A stretch of 64,000 bases of DNA from Candidatus Omnitrophota bacterium (lineage in GTDB: Bacteria; Omnitrophota; Gorgyraeia; Pluralincolimonadales; CAZUZR01): positions 11,261 to 75,260 of the forward strand of contig JBDRDF010000032.1 in assembly GCA_043821025.1 (NCBI GenBank). The letters are read 5' to 3'. A program made the translations under genes and the position numbers. The notes below the pieces were generated by a model. It searched no databases and was not told the DNA's origin. It saw only the letters and a program-made list of their open reading frames with translations. Positions 26,893-35,493 of this stretch are shown in pieces (the stretch's first letter is position 1; every line of letters starts with the position of its first letter).

Positions 26893-28239
26893 ATGCGGCC
26901 ACTTAAAATTGATATATCTGGAGTAAGGGGTGTAATCGGCGAGACCTTAACGCCGGAAGTGATAATAAATTTTTCCTGCACCTTTGGTACATACCTTAAT
27001 TCTGGAGAAGTTGGGGTAGGGTGCGATACGCGCGCATCCAGAGAAATGGTGAAATCCGGCGTTTTGTCGGGCTTGATATCAACAGGTTGTGACATAGTCG
27101 ATTTCGGCATCTGTCCTACGCCGATAATTCAATATATGACCAAATACTTAGGTTTAAGGGGAGCGGTGGCAATTACCGCCAGTCACAATGACAGCAATTG
27201 GAACGCATTGAAATTTATCAAGGCGGATGGAACTTTCTTAAATTTTTATGAAGGAGAAGAATTACTCGATATTTATCACCAAGGCGAATTCTTTAGAGCG
27301 GAGTGGAATAAGTTGGGAAAAATCAATAAATACGATTCCGCCATAGAAATATATGTGAATAAGTTGTGTAAGTATTTGGACACGAATAAAATTCGAAAAA
27401 GAAAATTGAAAGTGGTCGTAGATAATTGTAACGGCGCCGGCGGGGTCGTTGCCAAATTACTTTTAGAAAAACTTGGCTGTGAACTTGTTATGATAAACGA
27501 TGAGATTACAGGCGAATTTTCGCACGACCCCGAACCTAATCCAACTAATATGAAGGAGGTCGCATCTATAATCAAACCGGTCAAGGCGGATATCGGATTT
27601 ATGCTTGATGCCGATGTCGACAGAATCTCAATTTGCACTGAGGAGGGTAAGGCACTAAGTGAGGAATATACATTTGCCATTTTGGTCGATTATATGCTGT
27701 CCAAAAAACGGAGGACGGTTGTAACCAATCTTTCGACTACAAAGACGATAGATGATTTGGCTAAGAAGTACGCGGTTGCTCTAATTAGGGCTAAGACAGG
27801 CCAAGCCTATGTTATTGAGCGGATGATAGAGGAAGGGGGTATTATTTCAGGAGAAGGCAGTGGCGGAGTAGCAGTCGGTGATTTTCAATATGCATTCGAT
27901 GGATTTTTAGCAATGGGATTGATTTTGCAGATGTTAGCCGAAAAGAAGAAAAAGATTTCCGAATTAGCGGACAGCCTTCCTAAGTATTTTATGGTGAAGA
28001 AGAAAATAGAGTGTTCAACCGAAGTCATATATTCAGTGATCGATAAAGTAAAGGAGTCCTATAAGATAGCTAATATGGATTTGACCGATGGGGTTAAAGT
28101 TGAATGGAAAGATAGTTGGCTACACATCAGGGCATCTAATACCGAGCCATTAATTCGAGTTATCACTGAAAGCTGTTCAAAAGATAAGGCTGAGGAATTA
28201 TGCGTTACAGCTGTTGATAAAATCAAGGCGGTCATTTGA
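26893..28239 (+). CDS. Alpha-D-phosphohexomutase (phosphoglucomutase/phosphomannomutase, COG1109 type)
   Basis: The active-site serine loop is a TASHNDSNWNALKF variant. It has a metal-binding DADVDR and a sugar-binding GEGSGG. Confidence 0.65.
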   Translation: MRPLKIDISGVRGVIGETLTPEVIINFSCTFGTYLNSGEVGVGCDTRASREMVKSGVLSGLISTGCDIVDFGICPTPIIQYMTKYLGLRGAVAITASHNDSNWNALKFIKADGTFLNFYEGEELLDIYHQGEFFRAEWNKLGKINKYDSAIEIYVNKLCKYLDTNKIRKRKLKVVVDNCNGAGGVVAKLLLEKLGCELVMINDEITGEFSHDPEPNPTNMKEVASIIKPVKADIGFMLDADVDRISICTEEGKALSEEYTFAILVDYMLSKKRRTVVTNLSTTKTIDDLAKKYAVALIRAKTGQAYVIERMIEEGGIISGEGSGGVAVGDFQYAFDGFLAMGLILQMLAEKKKKISELADSLPKYFMVKKKIECSTEVIYSVIDKVKESYKIANMDLTDGVKVEWKDSWLHIRASNTEPLIRVITESCSKDKAEELCVTAVDKIKAVI

Positions 28240-28240
28240 A

Positions 28241-29617
28241 ATGGAAAGGGTTTTAAACCAAGAGCGTTCGTTGAAGATAGGGGTTTCCGGCGTAAGGGGC
28301 ATAGTTGGGGAGACGTTAACTCCTCAGCTTTTGGCTTCCTTTGCGGAGGCGTTTGGTTCGTATGTGGGAAGGGGAAAGGTTTTAGTCGGCTCAGATACAA
28401 GGACGTCAAAGGATATGGTAAAATATGCCGTTTTTTCTGGACTTTTATCCAGCGGATGTGAGCCAGTGGATTTGGGGATATGTCCCATCCCGACATTATT
28501 AATAAGGACAAAATATTCCAAAGCCGCGGGAGGCATAGCGATTACCGCAAGCCATAATCCGGTTCAATGGAATGCCCTGAAATTCATCAACAAAGATGGC
28601 CTATTACTAAACGCTAATCAGGCAGAGGAACTCCTAGATGTTTACCATCAGGGAGAATTTTTTAAATGCAATAATTCGGAAATTAAAAATATCAAAGTTG
28701 ATGATGGAGCTATCCCTTATCATTTAGAGAAGATATTCAATTATATAGATGTGGATGCAATACGTAGAAGGAAGTTTAGGGTGGCAATTGATTGCTGTAA
28801 TGGTGCAGGCTCGCTTATTACGCCGATTTTATTAAAGAAGTTTGGATGTGAGGTAATTTCGATTAACGTTGAACCAAATGGGTTGTTTCCTCATGACCCC
28901 GAGCCAATTTCTAAAAATATAGTTCAGATCTGTTCTTTGGTTAAATCTAAGAAGGCCGATATCGGCTTTGTCCAAGATGCCGATGCCGATCGCTTAGCCA
29001 TAGTGGATGAAAACGGAAACCCCATAGGTGAGGATTATACTTTAGTTTTAGTCGTCGACTATATCTTAAGTAAGAAGCGCGGTTCCGTAGTGACAAATCT
29101 TTCAGCAACAAAAGCTGTCGATGACGTTGCTTCCAAATATGGTTGTAGAGTAATTAGGGCTAAGGTCGGCGAGATAAACGTAGTCGAAAAGGTAGCAAGT
29201 GAAAAAGCGATTGTAGGAGGGGAGGGCAATGGCGGCGTGATAATTCCTGCCATCCATCCGTGTAGAGATAGCCTTGCTGGCATCGGAATAATATTGGAAT
29301 ATTTGGCGAAGTCGAAGCTTAAACTTTCAGAGAACGTCAAAAAGTTGCCGCGTTATTATATGATTAAGGGTAAAGTGTACTGCGAGACCGCAAAGGCACA
29401 TTCGGTTGTAAGAAGGTTGCAAAATATTTACAAGAAGGCAAAACTGACATTGTTGAATGGGATTAAGGTGGAAGCCGAAGACCATTGGATTCATATTCGT
29501 CCTTCAAATACGGAGCCCATAATTCGCGTCATAGTTGAGGCGAGGACTAAAAAGGCCGCCGACCAACTTTATAATCAAAGTATAAAAGACATTGCGGCAT
29601 TATTGAATAAGGCATGA
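28241..29617 (+). CDS. Alpha-D-phosphohexomutase (phosphoglucomutase/phosphomannomutase), tandem paralog
   Basis: It has the canonical TASHNPVQWNALKF, DADADR and GGEGNGG motifs. The start is taken at ATG 28241, 2 nt after the upstream stop. Confidence 0.7.
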   Translation: MERVLNQERSLKIGVSGVRGIVGETLTPQLLASFAEAFGSYVGRGKVLVGSDTRTSKDMVKYAVFSGLLSSGCEPVDLGICPIPTLLIRTKYSKAAGGIAITASHNPVQWNALKFINKDGLLLNANQAEELLDVYHQGEFFKCNNSEIKNIKVDDGAIPYHLEKIFNYIDVDAIRRRKFRVAIDCCNGAGSLITPILLKKFGCEVISINVEPNGLFPHDPEPISKNIVQICSLVKSKKADIGFVQDADADRLAIVDENGNPIGEDYTLVLVVDYILSKKRGSVVTNLSATKAVDDVASKYGCRVIRAKVGEINVVEKVASEKAIVGGEGNGGVIIPAIHPCRDSLAGIGIILEYLAKSKLKLSENVKKLPRYYMIKGKVYCETAKAHSVVRRLQNIYKKAKLTLLNGIKVEAEDHWIHIRPSNTEPIIRVIVEARTKKAADQLYNQSIKDIAALLNKA

Positions 29618-30588
29618 CTTTTTTTGTTATTTTGATAGCGTTATTTTTGGCTATGAATGTCGGCGCCAACAATACAGCCGCTGAGATGGAAGCGGCTTAT
29701 AGGGCTGGCGTTCGCACCAAAAAAGAGGCGCTAGTATTAATCGCTGTATTCGTTATTTTGGGCGCTATAATAGTCGGCTTGCCCGTCGTAAAAACTTTGG
29801 GCGGAGGGCTTGTTCCGCAAAGGACATTCAAAGCGTATTTTTATATCGTCTTTGTGGTAATGGCTGTTGCTGCAGTTTTCGATTTTATATCGAATATATT
29901 TAAGATATCCATTCCTACTTCATACGCGATAGTCTCTTCGATAGCTGCTGTAGGTTTATATTATAAAAGTTTATCCGTTGACAAATCTTTGATGATCTTA
30001 AAGTGGTGGATTGTTTCGCCCATAGTTGTCTTTATTGTTGTTTTTCTTGTTGGAAAATTTTTGAACCTCAAATTTATAAAATCATTAGGCAAGTTGAAAA
30101 CCAGAGGGAAGGTTAAAGCTTTATTGGGCGCTATGCTGTCTTTCTCTGGGTGTTACGTCGCCTTTGCGGGAGGGGCTAACGGTGCTGCTAAAGCAATGGG
30201 CCCGGTAGTTGCCGCAGGCATGATAGACAATCGTTGGGGTGTTTTGCTTGGTGGAGTAGGGATCGCAGCCGGTGCGCTCATCTTCGGTAAAATTGCGTTA
30301 GAGGCCGGCGATAGAGAAATTGCTGAAATCGGTTTCGTAAGAGCAATATTGATTGAGGTAATTTGCGCGACAGTTTTATTGTTGGCTTCTTTAGACGGCA
30401 TTCCTCTCTCTGTCTCTGTGACAGTGAGTTCAAGCCTTATAGGTTTAGGTTGCGCTGACTTAGGATTTCGGCAGAGCCTAAGAAGGCACCACGCCATAAG
30501 GGCAGGCTTTATATGGTTTGTTGTACCGCTAGTTTCCGTTGGGCTTACCTATTTCTTTTTGCATACCCTTGGCCATATATTTAAATAG
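29614..30588 (+). CDS. PiT-family anion permease (short form); by context possibly a CysP-like sulfate permease
   Basis: It has two PiT signature repeats (NVGANNTAAEM and FAGGANGAAKAMGPV) and about 10 TM helices. Confidence 0.55.
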   Translation: MTFFVILIALFLAMNVGANNTAAEMEAAYRAGVRTKKEALVLIAVFVILGAIIVGLPVVKTLGGGLVPQRTFKAYFYIVFVVMAVAAVFDFISNIFKISIPTSYAIVSSIAAVGLYYKSLSVDKSLMILKWWIVSPIVVFIVVFLVGKFLNLKFIKSLGKLKTRGKVKALLGAMLSFSGCYVAFAGGANGAAKAMGPVVAAGMIDNRWGVLLGGVGIAAGALIFGKIALEAGDREIAEIGFVRAILIEVICATVLLLASLDGIPLSVSVTVSSSLIGLGCADLGFRQSLRRHHAIRAGFIWFVVPLVSVGLTYFFLHTLGHIFK

Positions 30589-30600
30589 AAAATTTTTTAC

Positions 30601-30628
30601 TTGACAAAGTTTAATTTTTATGTATACT
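30601..30628 (+). promoter_or_regulatory. Sigma70-like promoter TTGACA-16-TATACT upstream of the Rrf2 gene, with an overlapping imperfect palindrome
   Basis: TTGACA is at 30601-30606 and TATACT at 30623-30628. ACTCTA-N11-TAGAGT lies at 30626-30648. Confidence 0.4.
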
Positions 30629-30657
30629 CTACTATGTTGATAGAGTTAATATAGAAA

Positions 30658-31098
30658 ATGCGAATAACTTATAAGGGAGATTACGCTTTAAAGACAATAT
30701 TGGATTTAGCACTACATTATGACGCTGGGTTGGTAACTATCCATGATTTGGCTAAACGTGCTGACATCCCTGTCAAATTCCTAGAACAGGTGCTCTTAGA
30801 TTTGAAAAGCGGGGGATTTGTAGAAAGCAGACGTGGAAAGATAGGGGGATATTATTTAGCCAAGTCCCCTTCGCAGATAAAATTGGGCGATGTTATTAGA
30901 TTTATTGATGGACCAACTGAACCTATAGCCTGCGTTAAAAGTCGATATAAGGGTTGCGAGGACATCTATAAATGCGTCTTTAGAAATATATGGCAGGAAG
31001 TAGCCCAAGCAATTTCTAATATAATTGATAATATAACTTTTGAGGACCTGGCTAATAAGGTAAAGGTTGCGCAAAAAGAGAGTATCTATTCTATTTAG
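30658..31098 (+). CDS. Rrf2-family transcriptional regulator (IscR/CymR-like) with three Cys for a possible Fe-S cluster
   Basis: It has an N-terminal wHTH (YALKTILDLALHYDAGLVTIHDLAKRADIPVKFLEQVL). Cys residues lie in IACVKSRYKGCEDIYKC. Confidence 0.7.
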   Translation: MRITYKGDYALKTILDLALHYDAGLVTIHDLAKRADIPVKFLEQVLLDLKSGGFVESRRGKIGGYYLAKSPSQIKLGDVIRFIDGPTEPIACVKSRYKGCEDIYKCVFRNIWQEVAQAISNIIDNITFEDLANKVKVAQKESIYSI

Positions 31099-31114
31099 AA
31101 AGGAGAGATAAGCA

Positions 31115-31840
31115 GTGGGTTTATTAGAGAAAAAAGAGGACATAAGAGAACTGGTAGATACTCTAAATTTTAAACAGAAAGTGGACAGGTCCTTAGCCCT
31201 GATAAAAGAGGCTTATGAGAAATACGGCGAAGGCCTGGTGGTAGCCAATAGTTTGGGCAAGGATTCGATGGCGGTTTGGGATTTAGCCAAAAAGGTTAGC
31301 CCTAATATACGGGGATTTATTGTTACGACGCGTTTTAAGCCTAAAGAGACTATTCAGTTTATGTATGAGACTGTCGCGCGTTACCCCGAGCTTAAAATTT
31401 ATAAAAGTGATGTAGAAATACCAGATAAACTTTATGAAACCGACCCAGATAGATGCTGCGATTTATTAAAAGTAGAGCCGACGCGTCGGGCGATTGAAGA
31501 AATGAAGGTAAAATGCTGGGTTACGGGCTTACGTTGCACTGAAGGAAGAACACGCACAGATTTTAAGGAAGTTGAGGAGCGCGACAAGGGCCTGATTAAA
31601 CTAAATCCTATTCTTATTTGGAAAGAAAGAGAGGTCTGGCAATATCTGGCTCTCAACGGTGTGAAAGTAAACCCCCTATATGCCCAAGGTTACAGGTCTT
31701 TGGGCTGTGCGCCCTGCACAAATATTACGAGTGAAGAAGATGAGCGTGCTGGGCGTTGGATTGGCACCAGCAAATGTGGCGGAGAATGCGGGATTCATAC
31801 CAGGCCTTTAAAAATAAATGTAGAAGGAGACGGGATTTGA
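31115..31840 (+). CDS. cysH: Assimilatory adenylyl-sulfate/phosphoadenylyl-sulfate reductase (CysH family; the Fe-S Cys pairs suggest the APS-reductase type)
   Basis: A GTG start is preceded by AAAGGAGAG. It has the PAPS-reductase fold, a CC...CxxC signature (DRCCDLLK, LGCAPC) and a C-terminal KCGGECGIH motif. Confidence 0.7.
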   Translation: MGLLEKKEDIRELVDTLNFKQKVDRSLALIKEAYEKYGEGLVVANSLGKDSMAVWDLAKKVSPNIRGFIVTTRFKPKETIQFMYETVARYPELKIYKSDVEIPDKLYETDPDRCCDLLKVEPTRRAIEEMKVKCWVTGLRCTEGRTRTDFKEVEERDKGLIKLNPILIWKEREVWQYLALNGVKVNPLYAQGYRSLGCAPCTNITSEEDERAGRWIGTSKCGGECGIHTRPLKINVEGDGI

Positions 31841-32808
31841 TTAAAAACATCTTCTTAATAATATTGGTGATCTTCTTTGCTTTTAATATGGGCGCAAGCG
31901 GCATTGCTCCTTCTTTTGCTTCCACTTACGGCGGAAAGTTAATAAAGAAGAAGAATGCCTTAATCCTGTTCGGGCTTTTTGTAATCTTAGGTGCTGTGTT
32001 TTTAGGAAGGAATGTAACTCTGACTCTGGGTAAAAATTTACTTGCCCAAGAATTAATAAGTTTTAATGTTGCTTTAATAATCTTAGGCTCAGCAGCCTTA
32101 GGTTTGTTTGTAGCTAATATTTTAAAGATTCCCCAGTCTACAAGCCAGGTTACTGTAGGCGCAATTGTGGGTGCAGGATTATATTTTCAGCATTTAAATC
32201 TTAAGACCTTATTTTTTAAGATACTTCCTATGTGGGTTATTTTGCCTTTATTATCTTATATTTTAACCCTATTGATTTATAAGACGATATATCCGCCGCA
32301 TCATAATAACCTGCATATTTACCAAAAAATATTTACCAATGAAAAGAAATTAAAGCTGTCAGCTTTAATAGTAAGTTGCTAGGTTGCTTTTGCTATCGGC
32401 ACAAACAATGTAGCAAATGCAGTGGGGCCTCTATCCGCAGCAGGGATTTTAGGGATAGGCTCAGGGCTCTTTTTAATTGCTCCTCTCTTTGGAGTAGGGG
32501 CTTGGGTTATGGGCAAAGGGCCCCTTGAGACCGCGGGAAAAGAAATAGTCCCCCTGGGATTGGTTTCCAGCGCTCTGGTTTCTTTTGTAACCGCGAGCTT
32601 ATTAATCTTTGCCTCAACTTTAGGTATCCCCCAATCATTGGTGCAGCTTAACCTCGCTTCCATATTTGCCATAAGTTCGGTAAAAAATGGCCATAAGTAT
32701 ACCTTAAACCAGCATATCACCAGAAAGACATTTTTTGTCTGGATAATTACGCCTTTGATTTCATTGGGTATATCGTATTTATTATTGTCTTTATTTTTAA
32801 GAATATAA
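31837..32808 (+). pseudogene. Second PiT-family (CysP-like) permease interrupted by an in-frame TAG (32380-32382); a pseudogene, split gene or sequencing error
   Basis: A TTG start overlaps the cysH stop (TTGA) and is preceded by GAAGGAGA. The first half ends ...LIVSC*. The same frame continues VAFAIGTNNVANAVGPLSAAG, which is the second PiT signature. No frameshift is involved. Confidence 0.45.
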
Positions 32809-32809
32809 T

Positions 32810-33208
32810 ATGCTTATCTTAGAAAAAGATTTATTAGAAAAGATGTTGCAGCAAATTAAAGAAGAATTTCCTAATGAGGCATGCGGAATTCTGGCAGGCC
32901 GAGAGGGAAGGGTCGAAAAGGTTTACAAAATGAGCAATACAGATAAAAGCCCTTCTACGTATTTTATGGATGCAAAAGAGCAACTTTTGGTAATGAAACA
33001 GATACGTAATTTAGGACTGGATATGGTCGGCATATATCATTCGCACGTCGCCAGTACTGCATACCCCTCTCTACATGATGTGGAATTGGCTTTTTATCCT
33101 GAGGTTTCGTATGTTATTGTGTCGTATAAAGACAAAGATAATTCCACTGTTAAATCATTTAAAATAAAAGAAGGAAAGATAATGGAAGAAGAGATAAAAA
33201 TAGAATGA
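32810..33208 (+). CDS. JAMM/MPN+ metalloprotease (Mec+/CysO-cleaving type deubiquitinase-like)
   Basis: It has the JAMM motif E(ACGILAG)...HSHVASTAYPSLHD. It is 132 aa. Confidence 0.7.
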   Translation: MLILEKDLLEKMLQQIKEEFPNEACGILAGREGRVEKVYKMSNTDKSPSTYFMDAKEQLLVMKQIRNLGLDMVGIYHSHVASTAYPSLHDVELAFYPEVSYVIVSYKDKDNSTVKSFKIKEGKIMEEEIKIE

Positions 33209-34236
33209 GCCTTATACTAGTTGGCACAAATCACAAATTTAGTCCGATTGAAATGAGGGAGAAAATCGCCTTTTCTAAAAAGATGCTTAATAATGCCTTG
33301 GCTGAATTGACGAGCTTTAAGTGGATTAAAGCAGCGGTTATACTTTCTACCTGTAATAGAGTAGAGTTGTACGCAGATACGTCGGACATTTATATGGGAG
33401 TTAGAGCATTGAAAGATTTTCTGTCAAGTTATCATCGCTTGGAATTGAATAAGATAGAGCCATATCTTTATACATATATAGATAAAGAAGCAATCCTACA
33501 TTTATTTAGTGTATCTAGTGGGATCGATTCTCAAATTATAGGCGAACACCAAATTCTAGAGCAAGTAAGAGTTGCCTATAAACAAGCAAGGGCAGCTAAC
33601 CTTACAAATCCATTTTTAGATACGATATTTAAAGAAGCGGAAAGGATTTCCTTAAAAATAAGACAAGAGACCGAAATCTCAAAAGATAAGACCTCCATAG
33701 CGAGAATAGTAATGGAACTTATAAGAACAAAAAGTGATTTTATCAAGGTTAAAAAGATATTGATTATCGGTGTAGGTAAGATATCCGAGTTAGTAGTTAG
33801 GCATTTAAAAAAAGAAGAGATAGATGTAGTCTTTATCGCCAACAGAACTTATGAAAGAGCGTGCCAATTGGCGAGATGCATTAATGCGAAAGCGATAGGT
33901 TTTGATAGGCTTAAAGAGAAATTAAAGGAGGTTGATATAGTCATCAGCGCAACCTCCAGTCCGCATTTGATATTAAAAAAGGAAGATCTGGTGGACGTTA
34001 AAAAGCCATTGCTGATTATCGATTTGGCTGTGCCACGGGATGTGGAGTCGGAAGCAAGATATATGGAGGGTATCGACCTTTTTTGTTTAGATGACTTGAA
34101 TTTTATAATAGAAAAAAATTTAAATGGAAGAAGACAACAGATTCCCAATGCTTTAAGGATTATAGAAAAAGAGGTAGAAAATCTGTGCTTAACAGAATAT
34201 TTAGAGTTGGAACTCGAACCAGTCCGCTTGCCCTAA
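33205..34236 (+). CDS. hemA: Glutamyl-tRNA reductase (HemA), short form
   Basis: It has the LSTCNRVELY catalytic-Cys motif and an NADPH-binding segment (LIIGVGKISELVVRHL). It overlaps the JAMM gene by 4 nt. Confidence 0.7.
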   Translation: MSLILVGTNHKFSPIEMREKIAFSKKMLNNALAELTSFKWIKAAVILSTCNRVELYADTSDIYMGVRALKDFLSSYHRLELNKIEPYLYTYIDKEAILHLFSVSSGIDSQIIGEHQILEQVRVAYKQARAANLTNPFLDTIFKEAERISLKIRQETEISKDKTSIARIVMELIRTKSDFIKVKKILIIGVGKISELVVRHLKKEEIDVVFIANRTYERACQLARCINAKAIGFDRLKEKLKEVDIVISATSSPHLILKKEDLVDVKKPLLIIDLAVPRDVESEARYMEGIDLFCLDDLNFIIEKNLNGRRQQIPNALRIIEKEVENLCLTEYLELELEPVRLP

Positions 34237-35243
34237 AGCAAGTCAATGAGGTCGTAACTTCTTTAAAGAGATTCTATCCAGAGTTCCAATTTGAGATAGT
34301 AGGCATAGATACATATGGCGATAAGGATAAGATTACTCCTATATCAGAAGTAGAAGGCAGCGATTTCTTTACCAAAGAGATAGATGAAGCCCTTTTAAAA
34401 GGGGAGATCGATTTCGCTATCCACAGCGCTAAGGATTTGCCTGATAATTTAGCGCCCGGCTCTTTTATCGCCGCTATTACTAAGTCCGTTGACCCATCTG
34501 ATGTGTTGATAGCAAGGGATAATTTGAAAATTGACGAACTCAAAACTGGGGCCAAGATAGGGACAAGTAGCCTAAGGCGCAAGGCCCAACTTAAAAACTA
34601 TCGTAAGGACCTTCAGATTATAGATATTCGGGGAAATGTTGAAGAAAGGTTGAAGTTACTAGATGAGACCGACTTAGATGGTATCGTCGTTGCTGCTGCG
34701 GGGCTTATTCGGTTGGGCTTAGAAGACCGTATAACCCAAAGGATTCCTTTTGATATTTTAAGACCTCACCCATTACAGGGCTCTTTGGCAATAGCAGTTC
34801 GTCAGGCTGACGAGGAAATAATATCTTTAATGGAGAAGATCGATTCCCGAAGGAAGATAATATTTATCTGTGTAGAAAACGCCTCTCGCAGCCAGATAGC
34901 CGAAGGATTCCTAAGACATTTTGGTTGGCAAAGATTCGTAGCCAGAAGCGGCGGAATTAAACCAGCGGATAAAATCGACCCATTAGCTATCGAAGTAATG
35001 AAGGAAGTGGAAATAGATATTTCCAAACAGAAGCCAAAACTAATTTCTAAAGATTTATTATCCGAGCAGTTGGTCACAGTTATTAGTATGGGTTGTTTAG
35101 AAAGCTGTCCTGCAATTAAGATCGATCAAAATTGGCAGATTGAAGACCCTAAAGGTAAGTCCATAGAAAGATTTCGCCGGGTTAGAGATATGATAAAAGA
35201 AAAAATAAAGAAGCTTACAGAAAAAGGATGCCATGGTTCATAA
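34185..35243 (+). CDS. Porphobilinogen-deaminase-like (HemC domains 1-2) fused to a LMW-PTP/ArsC-like domain; the HemC cofactor domain 3 appears absent
   Basis: The N-terminal 215 aa align to HemC (RVGTRTSPLALKQ...GTSSLRRKAQL...GNVEERLKLLD...AAAGLIRLGL). The C-terminus has a CX5R P-loop (IIFICVENASRSQIAEGF) and an MGCLESCP motif, in place of the dipyrromethane-binding domain. Confidence 0.5.
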   Translation: MLNRIFRVGTRTSPLALKQVNEVVTSLKRFYPEFQFEIVGIDTYGDKDKITPISEVEGSDFFTKEIDEALLKGEIDFAIHSAKDLPDNLAPGSFIAAITKSVDPSDVLIARDNLKIDELKTGAKIGTSSLRRKAQLKNYRKDLQIIDIRGNVEERLKLLDETDLDGIVVAAAGLIRLGLEDRITQRIPFDILRPHPLQGSLAIAVRQADEEIISLMEKIDSRRKIIFICVENASRSQIAEGFLRHFGWQRFVARSGGIKPADKIDPLAIEVMKEVEIDISKQKPKLISKDLLSEQLVTVISMGCLESCPAIKIDQNWQIEDPKGKSIERFRRVRDMIKEKIKKLTEKGCHGS

Positions 35244-35493
35244 ATTTCGTTGCCCAGGAAATATCTCTTTGAACTTAAAGGCAGAAATTCTTAGATGTCC
35301 AAAATGTGGCTACGAAGTAGAGATATTTTCTGATGAGCTTAGAAGAGTATGCCCCAAATGTACTACTGAAGTATATCGCAAGAGACTACCTTCCTGTATT
35401 GACTGGTGTCCTGCAGCAAGAGAATGTATTGGTGATAAAAAATGGAAGGAGTTAAAGATAGGGGGTAGAAATGAAAAAGAGAAAAATTATTAA
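35233..35493 (+). CDS. Small Cys-rich zinc-ribbon protein (hypothetical)
   Basis: It has CPKCGYEV...CPKCTTEV plus CIDWCPAAREC. It overlaps its neighbours. Confidence 0.3.
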   Translation: MVHKFRCPGNISLNLKAEILRCPKCGYEVEIFSDELRRVCPKCTTEVYRKRLPSCIDWCPAARECIGDKKWKELKIGGRNEKEKNY

